Positions 47,499 through 59,465 of a DNA stretch of 64,000 nt are shown in pieces; the first letter of the stretch is position 1; the number at the start of each line of letters is the position of its first letter. A program made the position numbers and the translations under genes. The notes beneath the pieces were generated by a model that was given only the letters and a program-made list of their open reading frames with translations, had not been told where the DNA came from and ran no database searches. The DNA comes from Oleiphilaceae bacterium (GTDB lineage: Bacteria; Pseudomonadota; Gammaproteobacteria; Pseudomonadales; Oleiphilaceae). Where the stretch lies: positions 11,964 to 75,963 of the forward strand of contig JBFHUL010000002.1 in assembly GCA_041590075.1 (NCBI GenBank), given 5' to 3'.

Positions 47499-50186
47499 TC
47501 ACGCTGTCTTCGGCGTCGTGATGGGCCCAGCGTTTGCGATGATTTGTTGTATTTCCGGAATACATGAACCGCAATTGGTGCCTGCTTTGCAAGCGCGCCC
47601 CACGGACTGATAATCCTGCAACCCTTGGGATACCACCACGTCCGCAATCGTCTTTTCACCCACGCTGTAACAGGCGCACACCGTCGCACCGCAATCGCTA
47701 CCGCTAGGCGGGGTGCCGCTGAGTAATTGCAGGCGAATCCGATCGTCCAACAGCTCTTCACGAAACAATTGCGCGAGCCACTGGCGATCCGGCAAACCAT
47801 GACGATGGTGAGTCGGCGCTATAAAGATAGCATGCTCCAGTCGCCCGGCTTCATTGAAAGCCGCAGCGCGCCAGATCTTCTGGCTGGCATCCGTATAGGT
47901 CTGCCAATACAACTGTGTATCGGGATCAAGCGTGCGGCGCACCGCCTCGGGATCCATATCAGAGGTGCCCGCCAACTCAAAGCGCTGGTGTTCTTCGCCA
48001 ATCACCTTCACGCAGTAATCGGTGTGCCAGGTGTGATCATCCCGCGTCAACACAAAACCAAACCACACCGCTTTGAGTGGTCGTACTGCTACCGGCGTGT
48101 GTTTGCTTTCGGGTTGCCCTGAAACGGGATCGACCACCGGGTTAACCAGAGCACCCATCCGACCTTTTTTGGCATACTGTTCCGACCAGTGCATGGGCAC
48201 AAACACCATACCTTCCCGCTGCGCATCGGTGACACGAACGCGCGCAAACATCTGTCCCCACTGGCTACGCAAATGGGCTAACCCACCGTCTTCCAAGTGA
48301 TAGTTCGCCGCATCTCTGGGGTGCACCTCAACGAAAGGTTCCGGCCGATGCTGGTTCAATCTGGGAGCTAGTGCGCTACGCGTCATCGTATGCCACTGGT
48401 CTCGTAAGCGGCCGGTATTCAATACCAGGGGATAGAGGCTATCGGGCAGATTCGCCGGCAAACGGTGACGCAAAGCAATAAATTGCGCCTTACCAGAGTC
48501 GGTGAAAAACTGACCGTCACCAAAAAAACGTTTACGCCCTGCGGGATACTGTTTATTGATTGGCCATTGGGTAGGCGTAAAGGCATCGTACTCGGCCGGA
48601 GTAATGTGCGCTAACGCGGAAATATCGAAATCGCGCAGGCCATACTGCTCGTTGTTCTCAAAGCCCGATAACGCGGCATGTTCCGCAAATATCTCGCTGT
48701 GATGGTTGTACGAAAAGGCCTCTGAAAAACCCATGCGTTTAGCCACCTCGCACACTATCCACCAATCGGGTTTGGCGTCGCCGGCGGGCGGCAACAACGC
48801 ACGCTGGCGCGAAATAATACGCTCTGAATTGGTCACCGTGCCGTCTTTTTCACTCCACCCCAAAGCAGGCAATTTCACGTGTGCCAGATCAAGCGTATCG
48901 CTGCGGGCAACACAGTCCGACACCACCACCAACTCACAGTTCTGCAAGGCATGCTTTACCTTGTCGGCATTGGGGAGACTCACGACCGGATTGGTCGCCA
49001 TGATCCAAACTGCCTTGATGCGACCATCGGCAATGGCATCAAACATATCCACCGCAGCCAGACCCGGGGAGTCCGGTAACACATCGGTATTCCAAAATCG
49101 CCCTACCCGATCGCGATGCACGGGGTTTTCGAGGTGCATATGCGCCGCGAGCTGATTGGCTAATCCGCCCACTTCCCTGCCACCCATGGCATTGGGCTGG
49201 CCAGTGAGCGACAAGGGGCCTGCGCCTTCCTTGCCAATACGACCGGTTGCGAGATGGCAGTTGAGAATCGCATTCACTTTATCAACACCACTCGATGACT
49301 GCTTCACCCCCTGGGAATAGAGGGTCATCACATTTTCATGGTTTGCAAACCAGGCAAAGAAGGTCTCAACATCCTGCGCTTTAAGGCCACACCGCACAGC
49401 CACCTGTTCTATTGTGCCGGCGTCTTTCTCCGCCGCCTCCAAACAGCGATCAAAACCTTCCGTAAAGGCGTCGATGAACGCCTTATCCAAGGCCTCATGC
49501 TGGGCCAGATAACGCAGCAAACCATTGAACAAGGCGACATCCGCACCGCTATCCAGGGCAAGATGCAAATCCGCAATATCGCAGGTCGCTGTGCGCCGCG
49601 GATCGATCACAACCACCTTCAGGCAGGGGTTCTTGTCTTTAGCCGCACGAATACGCTGAAATACGATGGGATGACACCAGGCGGTGTTGGAGCCGACCAG
49701 TACGATCAACTCGGCGTGGTCAATGTCATCGTAGCAGGCCGCCACCGTATCACTGCCAAATGCGCGTTTATGCCCGGCCACCGCAGACGACATACACAGC
49801 CGGCTGTTCGTATCGATATTGGCACTGCCGATGAAGCCTTTCATCAGCTTGTTCGCAATGTAATAGTCTTCGGTAAGGAGCTGGCCACTGCCGTAAAACG
49901 CAACCGATTCCTTTCCGTAACGGTCCATAATTTCTTTAAAGCCTTCGGCGACATGCGATAAGGCCTCATCCCAACTCACAGTGTTGCCGTTCACTTCGGG
50001 GGCGAGAAGCCTGCTTTGCAGCGCTAATGTCTCACCCAGCGAAGAGCCCTTCGAGCATAAACGCCCCAGACTGGACGGGTGTGCCTGGTCGCCTTTTACT
50101 TCGACCGTACGGGTCTCGGTATCAACCCGCGCCTCGATACCACACCCTACACCGCAATAAGCACAGGTGGTTCGCAATACCGGCAT
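47499..50186 (-). CDS. nasA: Assimilatory nitrate reductase catalytic subunit (molybdopterin, N-terminal 4Fe-4S, C-terminal BFD-like 2Fe-2S)
   Basis: N-terminal CAYCGVGCG cluster motif and molybdopterin oxidoreductase blocks. C-terminal CxC...CGSC (ATVCACYSVG...GTNCGSCIPE). Confidence 0.9.
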   Translation of the reverse strand: MPVLRTTCAYCGVGCGIEARVDTETRTVEVKGDQAHPSSLGRLCSKGSSLGETLALQSRLLAPEVNGNTVSWDEALSHVAEGFKEIMDRYGKESVAFYGSGQLLTEDYYIANKLMKGFIGSANIDTNSRLCMSSAVAGHKRAFGSDTVAACYDDIDHAELIVLVGSNTAWCHPIVFQRIRAAKDKNPCLKVVVIDPRRTATCDIADLHLALDSGADVALFNGLLRYLAQHEALDKAFIDAFTEGFDRCLEAAEKDAGTIEQVAVRCGLKAQDVETFFAWFANHENVMTLYSQGVKQSSSGVDKVNAILNCHLATGRIGKEGAGPLSLTGQPNAMGGREVGGLANQLAAHMHLENPVHRDRVGRFWNTDVLPDSPGLAAVDMFDAIADGRIKAVWIMATNPVVSLPNADKVKHALQNCELVVVSDCVARSDTLDLAHVKLPALGWSEKDGTVTNSERIISRQRALLPPAGDAKPDWWIVCEVAKRMGFSEAFSYNHHSEIFAEHAALSGFENNEQYGLRDFDISALAHITPAEYDAFTPTQWPINKQYPAGRKRFFGDGQFFTDSGKAQFIALRHRLPANLPDSLYPLVLNTGRLRDQWHTMTRSALAPRLNQHRPEPFVEVHPRDAANYHLEDGGLAHLRSQWGQMFARVRVTDAQREGMVFVPMHWSEQYAKKGRMGALVNPVVDPVSGQPESKHTPVAVRPLKAVWFGFVLTRDDHTWHTDYCVKVIGEEHQRFELAGTSDMDPEAVRRTLDPDTQLYWQTYTDASQKIWRAAAFNEAGRLEHAIFIAPTHHRHGLPDRQWLAQLFREELLDDRIRLQLLSGTPPSGSDCGATVCACYSVGEKTIADVVVSQGLQDYQSVGRACKAGTNCGSCIPEIQQIIANAGPITTPKTA

Positions 50187-51445
50187 CAGGCGACCTCCGC
50201 CATATTCAGTTGCGCAGTGGCGCTTTCAGGCGGCAAGGCCTGCTGGCCAAACACCAGAGCCTGACGAACGCTCGATATGTCGGCGCGGGTTTCGAGCAGC
50301 TCCTGATACCAGGCGCTGTCTCGCGTGTCGCCATAGAGTACGATGCCCACCAGCCTGTTATTCTCGACCAATAGTTTTTTGTACACACCTGCATGGGCAT
50401 CTTCGAACAGCAGTGGTTCTGATTGCGCGTCTTCGTTGATTTTGCCCATGGAGAACAAATCGATACCACTCACCTTCAAGCGCACACCAGAGGGGGTATA
50501 ACTGTATTGCGCGTGCCCCAGGCGGGCCAGATGATTGGCGCACACACGCGCCTGTTCATAGAGAGGAGCAACGAGGCCAAAGGTGAGATTTCGATGTTGC
50601 ACACATTCCCCCACCGCATATATGCGCGGATCGAAGGTTTGCATGGTATCGTTGACCAACACCCCCTGTTCGCATTGCAAACCAGCGTGCTTGGCCAGTC
50701 CAATATTCGGTTGCACGCCGATTGCCATCACGAATAACCCACAGGTCAAGGTCTCGCCGTCGTCAAACTGCACCGCTGTGACTGAGTCATTTCCATCGCC
50801 GATAATGCGTTCAACCTGCGTGGAGAGTCGAAACTTGACCCCCCTGCTAACCAAAGCCTGCTGTAACAAACAGGAAGCCTGCGCATCCAGCTGACGATTA
50901 AGAATGTGAGCACGATGGTGAACGACCGTAACCTCCATCCCGCGCGCCCTGAGCCCACTGGCGGCCTCGAGTCCCAGTAGCCCTCCGCCGAGCACCACCG
51001 CCGGCATATCACCTTGGGCTTTGCTCAGCATGGCCTCGACATCCGCAATATTGCGAAACGCCATCACGCCTGCGAGGGTATCGCCAGGCACATTGAGCGT
51101 TGCGGGATTTGAACCTGTCGCCAGTAAAAGCCGATCGTAATATTCGGTGGTACCATCTGCGGCGATCACCAGGCGCTTATGCCGATCAATTTCGATCACT
51201 TGTTTTTCCGTGCCGGCGTGCAGCTGAATATGGTTCCGTGCGTACCAGTCACGCGGCTGAATAAGAATGTCTTCGAAACTTTTCTCGCCACCTAGCACTG
51301 GCGACAGCATGATTCGGTTGTAATTGCCGTGCGGCTCTGCACCGAATACGACGATGTCGAAGTGATCGGGATAACGTTCGACCAACTCCTCGACCACTTT
51401 CATGCCGGCCATGCCATTGCCTACAACCACCAGTCGTTCTTTCAT
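50186..51445 (-). CDS. FAD/NAD(P)H-dependent electron-transfer subunit of assimilatory nitrate reductase (NirB N-terminal-like pyridine-nucleotide-disulfide oxidoreductase)
   Basis: Two Rossmann motifs (VVVGNGMAG and VVLGGGLLGLE). Its stop overlaps the nasA ATG (ATGA), which implies translational coupling. Confidence 0.8.
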   Translation of the reverse strand: MKERLVVVGNGMAGMKVVEELVERYPDHFDIVVFGAEPHGNYNRIMLSPVLGGEKSFEDILIQPRDWYARNHIQLHAGTEKQVIEIDRHKRLVIAADGTTEYYDRLLLATGSNPATLNVPGDTLAGVMAFRNIADVEAMLSKAQGDMPAVVLGGGLLGLEAASGLRARGMEVTVVHHRAHILNRQLDAQASCLLQQALVSRGVKFRLSTQVERIIGDGNDSVTAVQFDDGETLTCGLFVMAIGVQPNIGLAKHAGLQCEQGVLVNDTMQTFDPRIYAVGECVQHRNLTFGLVAPLYEQARVCANHLARLGHAQYSYTPSGVRLKVSGIDLFSMGKINEDAQSEPLLFEDAHAGVYKKLLVENNRLVGIVLYGDTRDSAWYQELLETRADISSVRQALVFGQQALPPESATAQLNMAEVA

Positions 51446-51480
51446 ACTGCTCTTCCTGTCATTCGCTACAGGAGATTGAA

Positions 51481-51496
51481 AGCAATTAGTCGGCCA
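51481..51496 (-). promoter_or_regulatory. Sigma54 (-24/-12) type promoter upstream of the nitrate reductase genes
   Basis: The minus strand reads TGGCCG-ACTAA-TTGCT against the consensus TGGCAC-N5-TTGCW, with correct GG/GC spacing. It lies 36-51 nt upstream of the ATG, and NtrC-like half-sites lie further upstream. Confidence 0.45.
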
Positions 51497-51649
51497 ACAA
51501 CTTAGATCCCGTTATCCCTATGTTTTAATTGGCAATTACTATTCCTCCTCACCATATTAGTGCATCGTATCGGCACACCCACCAGCGTCGCGCCCCAATA
51601 TTGCGCACAGACAGGTTCAGCGCTCCCGCCGCCATACCGACGCTGTGAC

Positions 51650-52303
51650 TCAGGTTGTCAGGCGCAACACCTCGGCGACCAGCTTTTTAATACCGGCTTC
51701 TGCTTCGAGAGGATTACCCGCCAGCATATAGGCCGGAGTACTGACGATCTTATGTTGTTCATCAACCACAAAGTCATCGACCGGGCAGTCCACGTGTTCT
51801 CCCCCCATCGCCGTAATGGCTGCCGCCGTCGCATCGTCGGAGCCAATGGTGAGTTGCACCCCTGCGCCGAATATTTTTGGAATCATCACCGGCGCAATGC
51901 ACACAAAGCCCAGCGGCTTAGCTGCGTCGGCCATGGCAGAGGCCAAGCCCACCAGATCACGATCCACCTGACAGTCTGCCCCAGCAAACGCAAAGTCACT
52001 CAGGGTTTTCGCGGCCCCAAAACCGCCAGGCAAAATGAGGGCGTCGTAGTCTTCGGCGCTGGCTTCGGCAAGGTCTTTAATGTCGCCGCGAGCAATGCGC
52101 GCAGCCTCTATCATGGCGTTGCGATTTTCGGGCATTTCTTCGCCGGTAAGATGATTGATTACATGGTGCTGGGGACGGTTCGGCGCCAAACATTCGTAAG
52201 TCGCACCCTGGCGTAATATCTCCAGCATGGTCAACACGCTTTCATGGATTTCAGCGCCGTCGAATACACCACAGCCGGATAAAACCACTCCTATTTTTTT
52301 CAT
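51650..52303 (-). CDS. elbB: ElbB-type DJ-1/PfpI family protein (isoprenoid biosynthesis / glyoxalase-like)
   Basis: MKKIGVVLSGCGVFDGAEIHESV is a near-canonical ElbB N-terminus, and there is a later CIAP nucleophile-elbow region. Confidence 0.85.
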   Translation of the reverse strand: MKKIGVVLSGCGVFDGAEIHESVLTMLEILRQGATYECLAPNRPQHHVINHLTGEEMPENRNAMIEAARIARGDIKDLAEASAEDYDALILPGGFGAAKTLSDFAFAGADCQVDRDLVGLASAMADAAKPLGFVCIAPVMIPKIFGAGVQLTIGSDDATAAAITAMGGEHVDCPVDDFVVDEQHKIVSTPAYMLAGNPLEAEAGIKKLVAEVLRLTT

Positions 52304-52480
52304 CTTTGTGCTCTCCTCTTTGCGATGACATAACCAGAATCAACCGGAATTTGCGGCCAACCCTCTCCAGAAAATAAAATTTGTAGCGCGGCGTGATAGC
52401 CAGGTCGCAACCTTTAGTTGAAAAGCACGCTAAAATACCGTTTTTTAACAGGAATCAATCCTTCTTTTACTCGCTTGGAT

Positions 52481-53314
52481 ATGGATACCGGTATGCGTGC
52501 TGCCTGCACTCGAAAACCCTTATTAGCTTTACTCTTCGCCCCGATTGGCCTGATGCTGCTTGCCAGCAGCGTGTTTGCAGATGAACAGGATGATGCCGTG
52601 GGCGTCGGTTACCGTTTTAACTCCGCAGTGTACTCCGGTCTCGATGCCTATGGCGAGATTGTTCCTGCACTGAGTTTTGAAATGGGTAATTTCTACGGTA
52701 AAGGCAGTACGCTGGGCTTTTATTTTTCACGCTTTGGCAGAGTGGGCTTCGCACTTGAAGCCACCATGGGCAGCACTCAACTCGAAATATCAGAGATCAA
52801 TAACAATCAGCGAGATCTCTATCTGGGCATGGAAGATCGAGAAGCCGCCATCGAAGCAGGCCTCGCGTTTCACTTCTGGTCGCAGGTGGGGCTGGTGGAA
52901 TTTTCCTGGTGGCGCGATGTGAGTGATACCCATGATGCGCATCGCTCGCGCACCAAGATATCACGCAATATTGCAGAAACGGGCGACATGAAGATCGTGC
53001 CGGGCCTGTTTGTGAATTACTACAGCCGCAAATACAACCGCTACTATTTTGAAGTGACCGATGAACAAAACCAGCGGGCTGCGACAGAGAGCGGTAACAC
53101 ACTCGAAAACTTTACCGCATTCCGGCCCACCTACGACCCCGGAAACAGTGGCCATGTAGGCATCGATCTGCTCATTGAGTATCAAATGTCACCACACACC
53201 ATGGCGACCATCTACTATGCCTACGAAGACCTGACCGGCCCTTGGGAAACCAGCCCGCTGGTGGAAGATGCCACCATGTCGCACCTGATGCTGGGTATTT
53301 CAACGCGCTTTTAA
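52481..53314 (+). CDS. MipA/OmpV family outer-membrane protein
   Basis: Signal peptide ending SVFADE, alternating beta-strand pattern, and a C-terminal aromatic residue (ISTRF). Start could also be ATG 52493. Confidence 0.7.
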   Translation: MDTGMRAACTRKPLLALLFAPIGLMLLASSVFADEQDDAVGVGYRFNSAVYSGLDAYGEIVPALSFEMGNFYGKGSTLGFYFSRFGRVGFALEATMGSTQLEISEINNNQRDLYLGMEDREAAIEAGLAFHFWSQVGLVEFSWWRDVSDTHDAHRSRTKISRNIAETGDMKIVPGLFVNYYSRKYNRYYFEVTDEQNQRAATESGNTLENFTAFRPTYDPGNSGHVGIDLLIEYQMSPHTMATIYYAYEDLTGPWETSPLVEDATMSHLMLGISTRF

Positions 53315-53323
53315 GCGCTCTCG

Positions 53324-54262
53324 CTAGGCCAAATCGTTCTCGGCAACCTGCATAATCAGGTGCCGCAACCATTGGTGGCCAGCGTTGTGATGCAACAACG
53401 GGCTCCAGGCCATCTTGAGTTCAAAAGCCGGTATGTCGAAGGGTGGTTCACGCATGACCAACTTGGCACTTTCGCTTTTGAGACGCGCTGCCCGGCTGGG
53501 TAATGTGGCCACCAAATCGTGCTGCTGAGCGAGTAACATGGCCACCTGATAGTGACGCGTAAACACACTGATCTTGCGTTTCCCTCCAATTTTCGCCAGG
53601 GCTTCATCCACCCAACCCAAGCGTTGCACATCCTGCGGATTTACCCCCACCCCCACACCAAAACCGGTTTTACTTACCCAGATGTGGCTGGCTTCGAGAT
53701 AGTGCTCCAGATCACAGCCCCGCACCAAGGGATTCTCCGGGCTCATAAGACAGGAAAACGTATCGGTCCAGATGGTCTTTTGGTGAAAGGATTGCGGCAA
53801 GGTATCAAAACGATTGATCGCCATGTCCACACGCCCCTGCTCGACATCTTCAAACGAGACATCACTGGGCGTCAGCACATCGAGGGTGATATTGGGTGCC
53901 GCTTTGCGCACGGCACTCAATACGGCAGGAATCAGCGTCGACTCTGCATAGTCGCTGGCCATGATGCGAAACACCCGACTGCTGTTCAGGTCGAAATCCC
54001 GTTCAGGCTGCACAACTTTCTCAACCTTGAACAGAATTTCCCGCACCAGCGGCTTCAACTTAATCGCGAGTTCGGTGGGCGCCATGCCATCGCTGGTGCG
54101 CACCAGCAAAGGGTCTTCAAACAGCGCCCTCAGGCGCTTCAGCCCGTTACTCATCGCCGGTTGCGTGATGCCAAGATGACTGGCCGCCTTGGTGACATTC
54201 TGCTCGCGCAACAGCACATCCAGATGCACCAGCAAATTCAGGTCAATACGCCCCAGATCCAT
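53324..54262 (-). CDS. LysR-family transcriptional regulator
   Basis: N-terminal HTH (LLREQNVTKAASHLGITQPAMSNGLKRLR) and a typical length of about 310 aa. Confidence 0.9.
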   Translation of the reverse strand: MDLGRIDLNLLVHLDVLLREQNVTKAASHLGITQPAMSNGLKRLRALFEDPLLVRTSDGMAPTELAIKLKPLVREILFKVEKVVQPERDFDLNSSRVFRIMASDYAESTLIPAVLSAVRKAAPNITLDVLTPSDVSFEDVEQGRVDMAINRFDTLPQSFHQKTIWTDTFSCLMSPENPLVRGCDLEHYLEASHIWVSKTGFGVGVGVNPQDVQRLGWVDEALAKIGGKRKISVFTRHYQVAMLLAQQHDLVATLPSRAARLKSESAKLVMREPPFDIPAFELKMAWSPLLHHNAGHQWLRHLIMQVAENDLA

Positions 54263-54297
54263 TCAAATTACTCGCGACAAAGGTAACAATAACCGCC

Positions 54298-56350
<2,053 letters not shown>

Positions 56351-56413
56351 AAGACAGATGGATTGTAGGCAGCCATCGCAGCACGATCAACCGATATTCG
56401 TGACGGATGCCGT

Positions 56414-58768
56414 TTATTCTTTGTTTATCCCCAACATATCGCGCGCTGTACGCGGCGCGGAGTAATAATAGCCCTGCCCCTTGTCGCAGCCCATGTTGAG
56501 CAATGCGCGCGCATGCCCTTCAGTTTCCACGCCTTCAGCAATGACCGAACGATCAAAAGACTTTGCAATACCAATAATACTGGTCACCAATTTGGCGTCT
56601 TCGTCATTATCGAGCATGCCCAGCACAAAACTCTTATCGATTTTGATTTCATCAATGGGCAGCGTGCGAAAGTAGGTGAGCGATGAAAACGACGTGCCGA
56701 AATCGTCCAACGAGATACTGACACCCAATTCCTTGCAGTGCTGTAAGCGCTGCGTGGCCAATTCCATGTCCGACAACAACGTGGACTCTACGATCTCGAA
56801 AGTCAGCGCATGTCGCACCGACTCCTCGGTTGCCTCGAGTAGCCGCAGCGCCTTCACAAAGCCATCACTCATCAGAAAACCGGGGGTAATATTAACAGCC
56901 AAACCTATGTGACGAGAGACTAAGCCGTGCTCCTTGATCAGGGCAATCGCATGATCCAGCACATAACGATCAAGTGCCACCATCAGCTCCGTATCGGCCA
57001 GATATGGCAGAAACTGATCGGGGAAAATCAGGCCGTTTTCTTGATGCTGCCAACGAATCAACACCTCGTAAGCAAATACCTGACCACTGCGCAGCATCAC
57101 CTTGGGTTGCAGATAGAGTTTGATTTGCTCGAGCCTTAATGCCTGCTGAAAGGCCTCCAGCATCGCAAACCGCTCCTGCTTGCTTCTTTCGAGCTCAGGA
57201 ATAAAGCGGGAGAACTGGTTTTTTCCGTTCTCCTTGGCTCTGTACATGGCCTGATCGGCATGCCGCAGCAGACCGTCAGCCGACTCAATATCACCCGGGT
57301 AAGCAGTGATCCCCATGCTGCCTGAAACCCGTAGAGTGCGCCCCTGCCAAATGATCGGCTGGCGCACTGCATCCAGCACGCGCTTGAAAGAATAGTCAGA
57401 TTGTTCGCCTTTGAGGATCAGAACGAATTCATCCCCACCTATTCGGGCCAGAAAGTCTTCACCGCGAATTGCGGCGTTCAAATTGGCCGATAAGGCTTTG
57501 AGCACCTGATCGCCCGCCTCGTGACCCAGTTTACTATTAATCGAGGCAAAGCCATCCAGGTCGATAAAGCAGACCGAAAACGTGCATGGTGCCTCATGAC
57601 TGCCATTCATGAGTTCTTCAAGGTGTTGCAGAAGCCGCCGGCGATTAGGCAACTGTGTCAGCATATCAAAGTGGGCGGCATGATAGAGTTCATCACGGTG
57701 ACGGCGCTTTTCCTTCAGCAAGCGTTTCCGTTCAATCAAGGTCCCCACGGTATTGCTGAGCGGCTGAAAAAACTGCTCCATCGCTTCCGAATAACCGTCG
57801 GGACGATTGGCGAGCCCGATAATACCGACCAACTGATCACCCGAAAACAAAGGCATACCCATGAAGGAACGGATTTCAGGATGCCCGGCTGGGGTTCCCC
57901 TGCTACGCGCATCGGTCGCCACATCATTGGCAATCGTTGCTTTGCCGGTTTGCATGGCATGCCCCAGCAAATTATCCAGATTATCAAAAATCAGACCTTC
58001 CCTCGCAGTGCGCTCGTAGAGCGCATTGGTCTGTTTATCCCAGGCGATATTGCTGATGGCATGCATCTGCAAATAAGGCTTACCTCCGGGATACCGCTTT
58101 AGCTCGCCAATCAGTCCAAACTCACTCCTGGTGATGAGCAGAAGATCACTCAACAATCCGTCAAAGGTTTGTTTATCCCCATCGGTACGCAGAAAACGGT
58201 TCTGTGCCTTGGCAATCGCATCATTCAGAATTCGCGAACTCAAGTCTTCTTCAAGCAGTGAAATCTGATGGAAGTCGATCATGGTTTCCAGGACTTTTCC
58301 AAGCTGCGCCAGACGTTGATGCGACCTTGAACCCAGTCGATGCGTAGCTTGATCCATCAATACCAGCGTCGCATGGAGGGTTTCATTACTGGTAAAGAGC
58401 GGTTGTACCGCAAAGAACCTGAAATACGGAGCACCTTCGGCCCAGGGCAAACGGTGAAAGTCGTTTTCGCAATGCATATCTTCAATTGCGAACTGCTCAT
58501 GCGTGGAGAGAATATTACGACATAAAGGGTGCGCCAGCAGCGCCTCCGGGTACCATCCCTGCCATGAAATGCAACGAATCCCCTGGGGGCTTTCAAGCAG
58601 CACGAGCGCGCAATTAACGTGAAATAGCTGTCGAACGTGCTCGGTAATGGCATCAAACGCGCTGTGGGTCGATGCCACGGCAGAGATGCCGGTGTTAGAA
58701 GAACTATATTGTGAAAATGCGTGGGTCATGGTCGCGTGCTCCTGCATAGCGTGAGACCCCGGTATCAC
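56414..58768 (-). CDS. GAF-GAF-GGDEF-EAL cyclic-di-GMP signalling protein
   Basis: GGDEF motif (RIGGDEFVLIL), an EAL-domain block (YEVLIRW ... DDFGTSFSSL ... KIDKSF), and two N-terminal GAF-like regions. Several possible starts between 58729 and 58768. Confidence 0.9.
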   Translation of the reverse strand: MIPGSHAMQEHATMTHAFSQYSSSNTGISAVASTHSAFDAITEHVRQLFHVNCALVLLESPQGIRCISWQGWYPEALLAHPLCRNILSTHEQFAIEDMHCENDFHRLPWAEGAPYFRFFAVQPLFTSNETLHATLVLMDQATHRLGSRSHQRLAQLGKVLETMIDFHQISLLEEDLSSRILNDAIAKAQNRFLRTDGDKQTFDGLLSDLLLITRSEFGLIGELKRYPGGKPYLQMHAISNIAWDKQTNALYERTAREGLIFDNLDNLLGHAMQTGKATIANDVATDARSRGTPAGHPEIRSFMGMPLFSGDQLVGIIGLANRPDGYSEAMEQFFQPLSNTVGTLIERKRLLKEKRRHRDELYHAAHFDMLTQLPNRRRLLQHLEELMNGSHEAPCTFSVCFIDLDGFASINSKLGHEAGDQVLKALSANLNAAIRGEDFLARIGGDEFVLILKGEQSDYSFKRVLDAVRQPIIWQGRTLRVSGSMGITAYPGDIESADGLLRHADQAMYRAKENGKNQFSRFIPELERSKQERFAMLEAFQQALRLEQIKLYLQPKVMLRSGQVFAYEVLIRWQHQENGLIFPDQFLPYLADTELMVALDRYVLDHAIALIKEHGLVSRHIGLAVNITPGFLMSDGFVKALRLLEATEESVRHALTFEIVESTLLSDMELATQRLQHCKELGVSISLDDFGTSFSSLTYFRTLPIDEIKIDKSFVLGMLDNDEDAKLVTSIIGIAKSFDRSVIAEGVETEGHARALLNMGCDKGQGYYYSAPRTARDMLGINKE

Positions 58769-58885
58769 TCGCCGTCCAACTTTATCCTAAGTGTTGCTTC
58801 CCGCAGACGAGTGAAGGGGCTGAACCCGATGGTTTGCACTTAAAAAATAGTGCAGCTCCGGCCAACCCGCAAATTGAATATTCAC

Positions 58886-59443
58886 TTAAAGCACGACAAG
58901 GCTCTCAGGGCTTATGTCCTGATCGATATACGCCAAGCCCAGTACCTTCAAATAATCCTCCCGATTCACAGTGGAGAGATCAAATTCCGGAAAAGCAACG
59001 CCGGCCTCGGCATAACACGCCTTCAGAAACTCGATATAACCATCGCCCCCCTGAACGATCAGCATACCGGCCGCCCCGACATCGGGCCTCACCTTGGTAT
59101 TCAGCGCATCGTTCAGTTGCACTTTGAGTACCGCTGGTTGCTCAGTTCCTTCAAAACGCACACGGCGACGCTGCACGGCTTTTTCTGCCCAGTAGTATGC
59201 GAGCGCTTTGCTCGGTGTGAGATACACCGGCTCGCGACTCTCGGTGTAACTGTTACCAATCGTCGCCATGGTTTTTTTGGCCGCCTGATTCATCGCCTGA
59301 TCACCGGAACGGTTAAGACCATGCTCCACAATGGCATCGATCAAGGCCGAAGTCGTGCCGTGATACCAGACATTGCCCGACGTAAAACCAGACTCACCCA
59401 GTGCGTCTTTAATATCCTGAAATTGTGCTGGAATATCAGTCAT
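58886..59443 (-). CDS. Hypothetical protein with a Tpt1/PARP-like 'YHGT...GL' motif (possible ADP-ribosyltransferase fold)
   Basis: Open frame of 185 aa from ATG 59443 (203 aa from GTG 59497, which lies inside a REP-like hairpin). The motif VWYHGTTSALIDAIVEHGL ... REPVYLTPS resembles KptA FLYHGTASRFLDEIKKQGL ... HYVHLS. No other family recognised. Confidence 0.5.
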   Translation of the reverse strand: MTDIPAQFQDIKDALGESGFTSGNVWYHGTTSALIDAIVEHGLNRSGDQAMNQAAKKTMATIGNSYTESREPVYLTPSKALAYYWAEKAVQRRRVRFEGTEQPAVLKVQLNDALNTKVRPDVGAAGMLIVQGGDGYIEFLKACYAEAGVAFPEFDLSTVNREDYLKVLGLAYIDQDISPESLVVL

Positions 59444-59465
59444 GTTAAACCCGTCTTTTGCGTTG

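Noticed and set aside
51455-51472. CTGT-N8-ACAG, which matches the minimal gammaproteobacterial LexA (SOS) box.
   Set aside because: The spacer (AGCGAATG) is not the AT-rich consensus and the flanking TA/TA positions are absent. The context, a nitrate assimilation leader, argues for an RNA hairpin or coincidence.
51446-51649. Looked for a NasR/NasT (ANTAR) two-hairpin antiterminator leader upstream of the nitrate reductase genes.
   Set aside because: I could not find two tandem hexaloop hairpins or a terminator. The sigma54 promoter candidate leaves only about a 25-nt leader.
51560-52216. 218-aa plus-strand ORF overlapping elbB. Similar long antisense ORFs occur at 53552-54286, 45604-46260, 5693-6211, 12307-12900, 16416-16934 and 57521-58102.
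   Set aside because: All lie opposite genes with unmistakable family signatures. They are Arg/His/Gly-rich with no recognisable domains and often begin at non-ATG codons, so I treat them as frame-shadow artefacts.
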